Part shown: one piece after another, positions 16,916 to 28,645 of the stretch | How the letters are laid out: every line of letters starts with the position of its first letter | Numbering within the stretch: the stretch's first letter is position 1 | DNA from: Armatimonadota bacterium | GTDB taxonomy: Bacteria; Armatimonadota; UBA10988 | Assembly (NCBI GenBank): GCA_016235455.1 | Contig: JACRKZ010000012.1 | Coordinates: 32,001-96,000 of the forward strand | Direction of reading: 5' to 3' | DNA: 64,000 nt | Notes under the pieces: model-generated | Seen by the model: the letters and a program-made list of their open reading frames with translations, nothing else | What the model was told of the DNA's origin: nothing | Databases searched by the model: none | Made by a program: the position numbers and the translations under genes

Positions 16916-19390
16916 CTAGCCGGGCGATGCTCGGTCCATCAACCAGGCACGCCAGGCCCACGGCCTCAGCCGGGCATCAGTGGACTCTGGCTTGAGTGGC
17001 GATTCCACCAGGTCACACGGCGTGGCTTGCCAGCCGGGCGGCGCCATGCCGAACCGACCGTCGACCGTCCCGCTCGTGGGATTCCACAGCCGCGCCACCA
17101 GCTTGCCGGGCTGCGTCTCCGCGGGCTTGAGCGCCCAGACGACCGCTCGCGGGTCGCGAGGTGCGCCGAGGCTGTACGTCGTCGCCGGCAGGCGGCCCAG
17201 GCTCTGCCCCACCCGCACCGCCAGGAACGGGTTCTGATGTTCGAGGCTGAAGCGCAGTGCATCGCTGGGCTCGGCCCGGCCGTGTGCCCACAACGCGAAG
17301 CGCTGCAGGAACCGTGTTTCGCCGCCCTGGTTCCTGAGACCCAGGCCTGGCCCGTCCACCTGGCCGCCGGCCAGCACCGAGAGCAGCGGTGTGCGCGTAT
17401 CGAGCTGCCCGACTGTGCTGTGGCCCAGGCGGAAGAACGACAGGTCGGCGTTGGACAGCGTGAGCCCGTGGTCGGCGCTCGATGCATCGACGAAGTGGTT
17501 CAGCGTCAGCCAGTCGTAACGGGCGTTGCGCGGTGAGTAGTGCCCGCCCTCGCCGCTCAGCTTGGCGGTCAGGATGGCGCCGAGCTCCTCGTGCCGCACG
17601 GTGAAGTCGTCCAGGTTCAGCCCGAAGCCCCAGGTCAGCGTCTGGCCGAAGTTCTGCTCGACGCGGCACTCGATGGCGACGCGTGGCGAGCCCGCGGTGA
17701 GCGTGACCCGCGTGGTGTGGCGCACCGGCTGGTCGGCGGTGGACAACAGCGTGGCGGACAGCGGGCCGGCCTCCTCGACGCTGATCGTGCCACCGCTGGG
17801 CCCCAGGTCGCACAGGGCGCGACCGTCGACGGCGCGCACCGCCTCGCGGCCGCTGGCCCGGTCGATCAGGCTGGTGATCGCGCCGTTGGGCGCCAGCGTC
17901 ACGGCCACCAGGCCGTTGTCGAGGCATGCGCCATCGACGCGCACCGGCTCGGCCACCAACGGCGCGCGGCCGGGCCGCAGGGCGACCACGACGTAGCCCA
18001 GCGGCGGCACCGTCAGGCGCACGCGCAAGCGATCGCCGAGGCGCTGGCTCGGCAGCGGCCGGGCGTCACGCAGGTCGACGGCGATGCGTGCGTCGCCAGC
18101 CGGCAGCGGCAGGTCGACCACATCGGTGCGCGACCAGCTCAGCGCATTGACCACGGCATACCGCGGCTCAGCCGATGGCCCGCCGGCGACGGCGTTGCCC
18201 AGCCGGCCGCGTCCGGCCTCCTCGACGGCGGCCACATGCCGGTCGACCCGGTCGGCGAGGCTCCGCTGCCAGGCGGTCCGCACCTCACGCGAGACCGGCC
18301 CATCGGCGGTCCAGTCGTGGTCCCAGTAGAGCCCGAGCGCTTCGTTGGCGGCCCACCGCGTGTCACTCGCGGGGTCGGTGTCGCCCGCGCCGGCCGACGT
18401 GGCCAGGGCCAGCATGAACTCAGCGCCGCGCAGTCGTTCGACCGCGCGGCGCACGCGCGAAGTGGTCTCCATCAGCGAGCAGCTGTAGGTGTCCCACTCG
18501 TTGCCGAAACTGGCGGTGACGCTCGGCAGCTGGCCGCCAAGCGACTGCTCCACCGCCTGGAAGTAGTCCAGCTGGTTGGACACGACCACGCGGCAGGTGT
18601 CTGTCGTTTTGGCTCGCGCGGCCTGAAGGATGGCGTCGTTGGTGGTGCTCAGGTCGTCCCAACCCTGGCCGAACAGCCCGATGATCGGGTACGGATGGCG
18701 GCGGCGGAACTCGGGATCGCCGAGCACGAAGTCGATGGCCTCGGCCGGCCGGCGTGCTTCGGCATAGCCGCCGACCATGGCGTTGTCGCGCAGCATGGAG
18801 TACCACTTGCACAGCACCCGGCTGCCGTCGAGCCCGGTCCACCAGAACACCTCATGCTCGCGGTCGCCAGGCCGATCCATGCGGCTCGCGCAGCCGCAGA
18901 TGCCGCGCCAGGTGTAGCGGATGCCCGATCCTGCCCAGAGCGTGGCCAGGCCGAGCGGTTGGGTCTGATTCTCCATGGCCACACCCAGCACCATGGGCAG
19001 GCTGTACTGCTGCCGCAGCCGCGCGCCGTCGTACAGGCCGCGCAGCACGGCCTCGGTGGGCATGCCGCCGTAGGTCGAGCAGAGCGTGGTCAGCGGCACG
19101 CTGATGTGGCCGTCGCGCACTCGCGCCAGCAGGCGCTCGAACGCGGCGGGCGGCCGCGCGCGCTCGTACTCGCGCAGCCAGAAGGCACCGTCGACGCAGA
19201 ACCGCGCCTGCAAGTCGCTCGGCTCGCCAGCGGTCTGATCGATGCGGTCCAGCCACCAGTCGAGCATCTCGCAGAACGCCTGCCGGTAGCGCTCGCCGTC
19301 CGCCGTCCAGTAGTAGTCGGTGTGGTCGTCGGGCGCGACGTAGATGGTCGTCGGGCCGGCCACAAGACCCAGCGCCAGCATCCAGACCAT
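16916..19390 (-). CDS. GH38-like (alpha-mannosidase family) glycoside hydrolase
   Basis: HTDYYW, VFWWTGLDGSRV, VVNALSWSRT, LDNGLVAV, LKPAE. Confidence 0.75.
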   Translation of the reverse strand: MVWMLALGLVAGPTTIYVAPDDHTDYYWTADGERYRQAFCEMLDWWLDRIDQTAGEPSDLQARFCVDGAFWLREYERARPPAAFERLLARVRDGHISVPLTTLCSTYGGMPTEAVLRGLYDGARLRQQYSLPMVLGVAMENQTQPLGLATLWAGSGIRYTWRGICGCASRMDRPGDREHEVFWWTGLDGSRVLCKWYSMLRDNAMVGGYAEARRPAEAIDFVLGDPEFRRRHPYPIIGLFGQGWDDLSTTNDAILQAARAKTTDTCRVVVSNQLDYFQAVEQSLGGQLPSVTASFGNEWDTYSCSLMETTSRVRRAVERLRGAEFMLALATSAGAGDTDPASDTRWAANEALGLYWDHDWTADGPVSREVRTAWQRSLADRVDRHVAAVEEAGRGRLGNAVAGGPSAEPRYAVVNALSWSRTDVVDLPLPAGDARIAVDLRDARPLPSQRLGDRLRVRLTVPPLGYVVVALRPGRAPLVAEPVRVDGACLDNGLVAVTLAPNGAITSLIDRASGREAVRAVDGRALCDLGPSGGTISVEEAGPLSATLLSTADQPVRHTTRVTLTAGSPRVAIECRVEQNFGQTLTWGFGLNLDDFTVRHEELGAILTAKLSGEGGHYSPRNARYDWLTLNHFVDASSADHGLTLSNADLSFFRLGHSTVGQLDTRTPLLSVLAGGQVDGPGLGLRNQGGETRFLQRFALWAHGRAEPSDALRFSLEHQNPFLAVRVGQSLGRLPATTYSLGAPRDPRAVVWALKPAETQPGKLVARLWNPTSGTVDGRFGMAPPGWQATPCDLVESPLKPESTDARLRPWAWRAWLMDRASPG

Positions 19391-19435
19391 GGTCTGCTCC
19401 AAACGGCGCGAGCGAGGGCGCCCGCGCTCCGGTCG

Positions 19436-22400
19436 CTACTTCGCGGCGAGGTCGGCGCCGAGCGTCACCGCTCCGCCAGGCCTGGTGTCCAGCGTGACCG
19501 CCCGGTCGCCCAGGCGTACGCGGCATGGGCCGCCGAGGCTTGAGCGGATTGTCGCCGAGGCGAGCTGGCCGTCGCGCCAGCTCAGGTCGACCTCGAACCC
19601 GCCACGACCCCGCAACCCCTGCACCGAGCCCGTGGACCAGGCCGTGGGCAGCGCCGGCAGCAGTTGCAGCTCACCCGCGTGTGACTGCAGCAGCGCCTCA
19701 CAGAGCGCGGCGGTGATGCCGAAGTTGCCGTCGAGCTGCATCGGCGGATGGTTGCCGAACAGGTTGGGCAGCGTGTTGTAGCTCAGCAGGCCGCGCACCA
19801 TCTCGAACACCTTCTCGCCCTGGCCGAACCGTGCCCACAGTGCGCAGCGCCAGGCCCAGGCCCATTCGCGCCGGCTGTCGCCGCTCTGGCCTCGGGCCTC
19901 CAGCGAGGTGCGAGCCGCCTTGGCCAGCTCGGGCGTCAGCGTCTCGGAGATCTGCCGGCCGGGATACACGGCGAACAGGTGCGAGGTGTGCCGGTGCTGG
20001 TCCTTGGGGTCGTCGCGGTCGACCATCCACTCTTGGAGCTGGCCCCACTTCCCGATCTTGGGTCCGAGCAGGTGCGCCTTCATGTCGGTCAGCTTGGCCC
20101 GGTACTCGGGGTCGACACCCAGCGCCTCGGCGGCGGCGATGGTGTTGGTGAACAGATCCCACATGATCTGCTGGTCATAGGAGCAGCCGTCCTCATCGGG
20201 GCCATGCTCGGGCGACCAGCCCATGGGCGCCACCAGCGTGCCGTCCGGCAGCTTCTTGAGCAGATCCTCCCAGAACTCGCACAGCTCGCGCAGCACGGGA
20301 TAGGCCTTGGCCAGATAGGCCCGGTCGCCCGAGAAGGCGTAGTGCTCGTAGAGATGCTGGCCATACCACGCGCCGGCCGGCGTGTTCCACTTCCAGCCAT
20401 GGCCGCCGAAGATGTTGTGGCTGGTGCGCGCGGTCCAGCCGCGGGCGCCGTGGTAGGCCGGCTCAGCCCGGGTGGCGATACGGCTGGGCTCGGCGATGGC
20501 CTGAATCAGATCGAGCAGCGGCACATGGCACTCGGCCAGGTTGGCGGATTCGGCTGGCCAGTAGTTCATCTGCACGTTGATGTTGGTGTGGTAGTCGCTG
20601 TACCAGGCGGGCTTATTGCTGTCGTTCCACAGGCCCTGCAGGTTGGCCGGCAGGCCGCCGGGCCGCGAGCAACTGGCCAGCAGGTAGCGGCCCATGGCGA
20701 ACAGGTCGGCCACCAACTCCGGGTCGTCCGGGTCGTTGGCAAACCGCTTGACGCGCTGGTCGGTGGGCAGAGCAGTGCGGTCGGGCGAAGACGTGCCCAG
20801 GTCGAGCCGCACACGGCCCAGCAGCGCCACCATGTCGGCCTGGTGCGCGGCCAGCAGCGCCGCGTCGTCCTTGGCCAGCGCCGCATCAACCCGTGCCGTG
20901 ACCGCCGGGTGAGGATCGTCGCCACGCCACTTGCGGGCGAAGTCCATGGCGTAGTCGGTGCCCGCGGCCACGACCAGCGTGACGCTGTCGCAGCCGTCGA
21001 GCACCAGCGCGCCGTCCACCGCGCTCAGCTGACCGCCGTCCGCGCGCGCGGCAATCTGCGTCTCGTAGCGCAGGCCGTTGCTCAGGTTGCCCGCACAGGT
21101 CAGGCGTGCACCGTCGGCGGTGACCTTGGCCTGGTGGGCGTCGGCGAAGCGTACGCGGCCCGTGAGCCGGCCGGGCTGGTCGGCGCTGAGCCGCGCGACA
21201 AGCACGCCGTCGGCGTGACTGCAGTACACCTGGCGGCGCCAGGTGGTGCCGGCCAGGTCATACGACACGCGCTGCACGCCGGTGGTCAGGTCCAGCTCGC
21301 GGTGGTAGTTGGCCACGGGTGCCGGGGCCGCGGCGAAGGAGACGCCGTCGAGGCCGATCTCGGCCAACTGGTAACGCATCTCGCCGTGGTTCTCGGTGAA
21401 CGTGAGCCGGTAGTAGCGGTACCTGGTCGCGTTGGCGCACGTGTATGCGCGCCGCTCGCCCCGCTTGGCGAACTGCGGCTGGTCGGCGCGCTTGTCCAGG
21501 TCCACCCAGGTCTGGCCGTCGGTCGAGCCGGCCAGGATCCAGGCCTTCGGGTCGCGCGTGGGCGTGTCGTTGGCCGCGACCAGGCTGTAGCCGGTGACGG
21601 CGACTTCGCCACCGGCGGGCAGCGCCACCTGCCAGACCAGCGGCTTGCCCTGATGCTCCACGCACCACTTGGTATCGGGCTGACCATCGGCCGACTGCTG
21701 CACGCTCTCATAGTCATAGAACGACGCCTGGCCGCTGGGGCAACTGACGACGGCGGCACCGGGCGCGCTGGTCTGGGGCAGGTCGACGAACAGGTCGCCC
21801 AGGTTCTGGTACGAGCCCATCGAGTCGTAGTCGCCCGAGGGATTCTCGTCGCCGGTCCACAGGCTGTTCTCGTTGAGCTGGATGCGCTCGGTGGGCACGC
21901 CGCCAAAGACCATTGCGCCGAGCCGGCCGTTGCCCACGGGCAGCGCCTCGCCCGACCAGTTCGTCGCCGGCCTGGTGTACCAGATGGCCGGTCGCACTCG
22001 GCTCAGCCCGTTCGCCACCGCTTCCGCCATGAGTCGATATCCTTCCGTGTTCGGATGAACCTTGTCCGGCGCCAACTCGGGCCGGCCGAGCAGCACGGGA
22101 TGCATGTCGAGCACCTCGACGCCGATCTCACCCGCGGACCGGAGCAGGTCGGGGATGACTTCGTCGCGGATACGCCCCTCATCGATGCCCCACTGACCAG
22201 GGAAGGCGGCCATGGGCGTCAGCAGCACCACGCGCGGCCGGCTGGGCCAGTCGCGCAGTTCGGCCACGGTGGCCTTCAGATCAGCGCCGAAGTCGGCCCG
22301 GTGCGCCCAGTTCTGGGGTTTGGAGTCGTTGCCGCCGAGCGACAGCAGGACCAGTTGCGGGCCGAAGGCCTTGGCCCGCTGCCAGGCCTCCTCGCGCACG

Positions 22401-22654
22401 TACGGCTTGTCGCCCGCGCGCAGCATGGTCGACCCGCTGACCGCGAAGTTGACCACCTGGTAGCCCGGCCCGAGCAGCCGGGCCAGCCGCGGCGGCCAGC
22501 CTTCGGTCTCGGCATGGGCCGCGCCCACGCCGACGACGATGCTGTCGCCCAGGCAGGCCACGCGTAGCGGCGCGGGTGCCGCCTGCACGGTGCCGGCCAG
22601 CAGGCACAAGGCGACCAGGGCACGACGCACGACGGCCAGACGGCACGGGATCAT
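19436..22654 (-). CDS. GH95 alpha-L-fucosidase fused to an N-terminal SGNH esterase, with an inserted F5/8-type domain
   Basis: GDS...GGND...DKVH (SGNH); [54 protein letters not shown] (GH95). Confidence 0.9.
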   Translation of the reverse strand: MIPCRLAVVRRALVALCLLAGTVQAAPAPLRVACLGDSIVVGVGAAHAETEGWPPRLARLLGPGYQVVNFAVSGSTMLRAGDKPYVREEAWQRAKAFGPQLVLLSLGGNDSKPQNWAHRADFGADLKATVAELRDWPSRPRVVLLTPMAAFPGQWGIDEGRIRDEVIPDLLRSAGEIGVEVLDMHPVLLGRPELAPDKVHPNTEGYRLMAEAVANGLSRVRPAIWYTRPATNWSGEALPVGNGRLGAMVFGGVPTERIQLNENSLWTGDENPSGDYDSMGSYQNLGDLFVDLPQTSAPGAAVVSCPSGQASFYDYESVQQSADGQPDTKWCVEHQGKPLVWQVALPAGGEVAVTGYSLVAANDTPTRDPKAWILAGSTDGQTWVDLDKRADQPQFAKRGERRAYTCANATRYRYYRLTFTENHGEMRYQLAEIGLDGVSFAAAPAPVANYHRELDLTTGVQRVSYDLAGTTWRRQVYCSHADGVLVARLSADQPGRLTGRVRFADAHQAKVTADGARLTCAGNLSNGLRYETQIAARADGGQLSAVDGALVLDGCDSVTLVVAAGTDYAMDFARKWRGDDPHPAVTARVDAALAKDDAALLAAHQADMVALLGRVRLDLGTSSPDRTALPTDQRVKRFANDPDDPELVADLFAMGRYLLASCSRPGGLPANLQGLWNDSNKPAWYSDYHTNINVQMNYWPAESANLAECHVPLLDLIQAIAEPSRIATRAEPAYHGARGWTARTSHNIFGGHGWKWNTPAGAWYGQHLYEHYAFSGDRAYLAKAYPVLRELCEFWEDLLKKLPDGTLVAPMGWSPEHGPDEDGCSYDQQIMWDLFTNTIAAAEALGVDPEYRAKLTDMKAHLLGPKIGKWGQLQEWMVDRDDPKDQHRHTSHLFAVYPGRQISETLTPELAKAARTSLEARGQSGDSRREWAWAWRCALWARFGQGEKVFEMVRGLLSYNTLPNLFGNHPPMQLDGNFGITAALCEALLQSHAGELQLLPALPTAWSTGSVQGLRGRGGFEVDLSWRDGQLASATIRSSLGGPCRVRLGDRAVTLDTRPGGAVTLGADLAAK

Positions 22655-22707
22655 CGCAGCACTCCGTGGTCGGAGTTCGCGGCGCCGGTGGGTCATCCTC
22701 TGTGGGC

Positions 22708-23066
22708 TCAGCGGCGCGTCAGCAACAGCAGGACGCGGCAGCGGCCGGCATCGCCGCTGTCGACGCGGAGCCGCAGCGAAAGCCCGGCGCGCGACCACTC
22801 GTCGCCGCGCGGCTGCCAGCCATCGGCGGCCAGACGAGCCGCCATGTCGGTGCGAACGGCGGATGCCTCGGCTGCCACGTCGTAGGTTACGCTACGCCAG
22901 CGCAGCAGTCGAGAGCCGCCGGTGGCCGAGCGAGCCACGACGGCACTGGGCATCGGCAGCACCACGCTCGCCAGAGGATCGGGCAGCCGCCAGGCGGCGA
23001 CATAGAGGCCGGCCAGCACCGCCATGACGGCCAGGCCGAGCAGTCGCATGCGGCGCAAATCGGGGT

Positions 23067-23070
<4 letters not shown>
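22708..23070 (-). CDS. Small membrane-anchored hypothetical protein
   Basis: ATGA overlap with the sigma54 activator gene; N-terminal TM helix. Confidence 0.55.
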
Positions 23071-24469
<1,399 letters not shown>

Positions 24470-24470
<1 letters not shown>

Positions 24471-25372
24471 CAGGCATCCTCATGCTCATCCGACCAGACG
24501 ACCGTACCGGTGCTGCCTTCGCCGCGCGCCTGCATCATGGAGTGCTGAGCACGGGCCAGCATCTCGCCCAGATCGGCGATCTCGCGGTCGACGATGGCCA
24601 CGCCGAAGTTGGCCAGGATCGGCAGCATCACCCCGTTGACCTCGATGCACAGCGCATTGAGCCGCTCGGACAGCCGCTCGATGGCGACCACCGCGCGGTC
24701 CCGGCTGGTGTGCGGCATGAGCACGATGAAGCCGCTCTCGGAGTAGCGCGTGGGCACGTCGAGCGCGCGCACGTTCTCGCGCAGGAAGCGGCCCACGCGG
24801 CGCAACAGGATGTCGCCGGCGGCCGAGCCGTACTGCTCCTCCACGGCCTCCACCGTGGCCACGTCGATGGCCACCAGCGCCAGCGATGAACTGATGCCGT
24901 AGCGCTGCTGGCGGTAGAGTTCCTCGCGAAGACGATCCTCGAAATGCTCGCGGTCGCCCAACTCGGTCAGCGTATCGGTGTGGGCCGCCCGCTGGTAGGC
25001 GCGTGCGCGGCGCAGCGCCGTCTGGACGCGAGCCAGCAGCTCCTCGCGGTCAAACGGTTTGGGTATGTAGTCGTCGGCGCCGAGTTCCAGGCCTTCGGCC
25101 AGCTCGAAGTGCTGGCCCCGCGCGGACAGGAAGACGAACGGTACGAGCTCGAACCCGGTCGTCTGGCGCACGCGCTGGCACAGATCGGAGCCGGCCAGGT
25201 CGGGCATCATCACATCGGACACGATGAGATGGGGCAGCACGCGCTCCAGCTTGGCCAGCGCTTCCAGCCCGCCCGAGGCGCAGGTCACCTCATAGCCCCC
25301 GCGCGACAGAACGTAGTCGAGCAGTTCCAGCATCGACGGCTCATCGTCGACGACCAAGATGCGTGCACTCAC
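24470..25372 (-). CDS. REC + degenerate GGDEF protein
   Basis: Intact REC (VDDE, SDVMMP, KPF); RALDVPTRYSESGF at the RxxD/GGDEF position. GTGA and TGATG overlaps. Confidence 0.85.
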
Positions 25373-26403
25373 GCCGAGCCACCTTCCCGCTGCCACGGCA
25401 AACAGACCCGGAACGTGCTACCGACGCCCAGGTCACTGCTCACTTCGATACGGCCCTCATGGGCCTCGACCAATTCGCGCGCAATGGCCAGGCCCAGGCC
25501 GGTCCCACGCGGTCCGATGCCGCTCGCGCGGCATCGGTAGAACTTGGCGAAAATGTGGGGCAAATCCTCTTTGGCGATGCCGCATCCGGTGTCGCTGACC
25601 ACCAGACACAGCTCGCCGGCCGACTCGACCGCGCTCAGCCTGACCTGGCCGCCCGGTTGGGCGAACTTGACCGCGTTGCCCAGCAGATTGGCCAACACCT
25701 GGCTGAGCTGGTCGCGGTCGGCCACCATCGTCCAGTCGGCCGGCGGCAGCTCGCCGCTCACCTCGATGCCCGTGTCGCGTGCGGCCAGCCGGGCCACAAC
25801 CAGCGCGTCGTGCAGCAGATCGGCCACGACGAAGGTGGTGTCGAGTCGCGCGCGTCGCCCGGCCTCGATGCGGCTGATGTCCAGCAGGTCGTCGATCAGC
25901 CGGCTGAGCCGGTCGGTCTCGGCCCGCGCGATGGTCAGGAACTTGCGCCGCATGGGCGGCGCGAGCGACTCCTCGTCCTCGAGCACCACCCCGAGGAAGC
26001 CCTTGATGGCGGCCATCGGCGTGCGCAGCTCGTGCGAGACGTTGCTGACGAATTCGGTCTTGAGCCGGTTGACCTCGGCGTCGCGCGTGACGTCGCGGTA
26101 TGAAACCAGCCAGCCCGGCGGCTCGGCCTCCGCGGCCAGTCGGCTGACCCGCCGACGGACCACGCGCTCGTCGGGATACTGCAGCTCCAACTCGACCTCT
26201 TCGTCCTCGTCCTGGTGTTCCGCCAGACGCAAGTAGAGGTCGGGGTCGGCCATGCAGTTGAGCACATGCTGCCGAACCGCGCTCAATTCCGTGGTCGGCG
26301 CCAGCGCAAAGAGATCCCAGAAACGCCGGTTGGCGCCCAGCAGCCGCTGCTGATCATCGATTAGCAGCAGGGCCTCGTCAACGGCGTCCAGCACTGTCCA
26401 CAT
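25369..26403 (-). CDS. Cytoplasmic PAS sensor histidine kinase
   Basis: FVSNVSHELRTP, NLLGNAVKF, DTGCGI, GTGLGLAI. Confidence 0.92.
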   Translation of the reverse strand: MWTVLDAVDEALLLIDDQQRLLGANRRFWDLFALAPTTELSAVRQHVLNCMADPDLYLRLAEHQDEDEEVELELQYPDERVVRRRVSRLAAEAEPPGWLVSYRDVTRDAEVNRLKTEFVSNVSHELRTPMAAIKGFLGVVLEDEESLAPPMRRKFLTIARAETDRLSRLIDDLLDISRIEAGRRARLDTTFVVADLLHDALVVARLAARDTGIEVSGELPPADWTMVADRDQLSQVLANLLGNAVKFAQPGGQVRLSAVESAGELCLVVSDTGCGIAKEDLPHIFAKFYRCRASGIGPRGTGLGLAIARELVEAHEGRIEVSSDLGVGSTFRVCLPWQREGGSA

Positions 26404-26506
26404 TGAACGATTGTCTGGCGTGGCGATACTCACGCGTACTCTTCCTTGGCCCGGAGCACGCACCATGGTCGGAAGGAGCCACCGCCCCCCACGCGAACCT
26501 TGCACC

Positions 26507-27643
26507 ATGCGCGTCCTGGCCGTCACCAGCCTCTACCCCACACTGGCCCAGCCGCACTTCGCCGCGTTCATGCCCGGGCGCATGCGCGGGCTTGCCGCAC
26601 ATGCCAATGTCGATCTGCTCCTCTGCCGTCAGACACACCCACTTGGCTACCGGTTCCGACTGCCCACCAGCATCGTGGTAGATCCGCTTGATCAGTTGAC
26701 CATCTGGCCCGCGCAGTTCATTGCGCTGCGCGGCGTCGCGAGGAGTCGGAGGGCCAGACAGATGCTTGGCGGCGCCCGCCGAGCGGTGCGGCAGATGGAC
26801 CGTTCGTGGGATGTGGTGCTGGGGCATTTCCTTGTGCCCGACGGCGTCTGCGCCGCGCTGCTGGCCGCGGAACTGGGCCTGCCCGTGGTGCTCGTGGCAC
26901 ATGGCAGCGATGTGCACACCAAGGCGGCCGACCCGCGCTGCCACGCCGATCTGGCTTGGGCGCTGGGCCAGGCCAAGGGGCTGATCGTCGTCAGCGACGA
27001 CCTGCGGCGCCGACTCGCCGACCTGGGTTTCGCGCTGCCGCCGACGACCGTGCTGCCCTGCGGTTACGACCCTGCCCTGTTCGCCCCCCGCAGCCAGACC
27101 GAGGCACGCGCGCGGCTGGGCTTCATGCCGGGCTCGTGGCTGGTCTACGTCGGTGCGCTGCGCGGGGTCAAGCGGCTCGACGTGCTGCTGCAGGCCCTGG
27201 CGCTGGTGCCCGATGTGCATCTGGCCGTGGTGGGCGACGGCGATCAGGCCCAGCCGCTGCGGTCGCTGGCCCGCTCGCTGGGGCTGGACGCGCGCGTGCA
27301 CTGGGCGGGAGCGCGACCGCACGACGAGGTGCCGGACTTCCTGGCCGCGGCCGACGCCGTCGTGCTGAGCAGCGACCGCGAGGGCACCCCGACCATCCTG
27401 ACCGAGGCGCTGGCCATGGGCCGGCCGGTGGTGGCCACGGCGGTTGGCGGCATTCCGGAGTTGGTCGGCGACCTCGCCAGGCTGGCGCCGCCCGGCCAGC
27501 CGCAAGCACTGGCCCAGGCCATCGCGGGAACCCTCGCCGCCCCGCCGCCGTCGGACCGTCTGCGCAACGCGGTGGCGCACCTGACCCTCGACGCGGTCGG
27601 TCGGGCCGAAAGTGAGTTCCTGCGCGCCTGCATCGAGGAGTGA
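26507..27643 (+). CDS. Glycosyltransferase family 4
   Basis: AHGSDV, KRLDVLL, SDREGTPTILTEALAMG, VGGIPE. Confidence 0.9.
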   Translation: MRVLAVTSLYPTLAQPHFAAFMPGRMRGLAAHANVDLLLCRQTHPLGYRFRLPTSIVVDPLDQLTIWPAQFIALRGVARSRRARQMLGGARRAVRQMDRSWDVVLGHFLVPDGVCAALLAAELGLPVVLVAHGSDVHTKAADPRCHADLAWALGQAKGLIVVSDDLRRRLADLGFALPPTTVLPCGYDPALFAPRSQTEARARLGFMPGSWLVYVGALRGVKRLDVLLQALALVPDVHLAVVGDGDQAQPLRSLARSLGLDARVHWAGARPHDEVPDFLAAADAVVLSSDREGTPTILTEALAMGRPVVATAVGGIPELVGDLARLAPPGQPQALAQAIAGTLAAPPPSDRLRNAVAHLTLDAVGRAESEFLRACIEE

Positions 27644-27646
27644 ACC

Positions 27647-28642
27647 ATGGCGCTCGGTTGGGCCATCTCGGGAGTCAGCGACATCGCCACCAAGGCCCTG
27701 GCGCCGGCCGTGCTGGCTCAGCCTGACGCCGAGCTGGTCGCGGTCTACAGCCGTTCGGCCCGGCGGGGCGGCGAGTTCGCCCAGCGCTTTGGCAGCAGCG
27801 CGGTCTACACGGACTTCGGCGCCATGCTGTCCGACCCCGCGGTGGACATCGTCTACGTCGGCGGCGAGGTGGACCGGCACCGACCGGAGACCATCGCCGC
27901 CGCCGAAGCCGGCCGGCATGTGCTGTGCGAGAAGCCCATGGCGCTCGACGCAGCCGAATGCCGTGCCATGATCGACGCCTGCGCGGCCAACGGCGTGCAT
28001 CTGGCCATCGCCTACTATCGGCGCTACTACCCGTCGGTGCGCAAGCTGACCGAGTTGGTCCAAGCCGGCGCGTTGGGCCAGGTGCTGCAGGCGGCGATCG
28101 ACATGAGCTACTACCGGCGGCCGCTGGGCGAGCGCGACTGGCGCACACAGCCGGCAGGCGGGGGCGGCGCGCTGATGGACATCGGCAGCCACCGGTTGGA
28201 CGTGCTCTGCGGCCTGCTCGGCGAGCCGCGGCGCGTGGCGGGCTTCACGGCCCATCGGGTGCACGAGCACTGGGCGCCGGATGTGGAGACGCTGATCGTC
28301 GAGTTCGCCTGTGGCGCGCAAGCCACGTTGCGCTGCAACTGGTGCGCGGGCGCCAGCCAGGACCTGTTCACCGTGGTCGGCACCGAGGCGGTGGCGCTGC
28401 TCGGCGCGCTGGAGGAGCCCAGCTTCATCCTGCGCCGCCGCGGCCAGCCCGACGAGATGGTGCAGGCCGGCGCGCCGGCCGCGATCACCCACGGCCCGCT
28501 GGTCGACGACCTGACCCAGCGCCTGCTGGCCGGTCAGCCGCCGCGCTTCGATGGCCTGGCCGGCTACCAGGCCAGCCGCATCATGGACGGCTGCTACCGG
28601 TCGGCGGCCACGGGCTCACTGATCGAATTGGGAGAGACGTAA
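27647..28642 (+). CDS. Gfo/Idh/MocA family oxidoreductase
   Basis: AGRHVLCEKP, GGGALMDIGSH. Confidence 0.9.
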   Translation: MALGWAISGVSDIATKALAPAVLAQPDAELVAVYSRSARRGGEFAQRFGSSAVYTDFGAMLSDPAVDIVYVGGEVDRHRPETIAAAEAGRHVLCEKPMALDAAECRAMIDACAANGVHLAIAYYRRYYPSVRKLTELVQAGALGQVLQAAIDMSYYRRPLGERDWRTQPAGGGGALMDIGSHRLDVLCGLLGEPRRVAGFTAHRVHEHWAPDVETLIVEFACGAQATLRCNWCAGASQDLFTVVGTEAVALLGALEEPSFILRRRGQPDEMVQAGAPAAITHGPLVDDLTQRLLAGQPPRFDGLAGYQASRIMDGCYRSAATGSLIELGET

Positions 28643-28645
28643 CCT

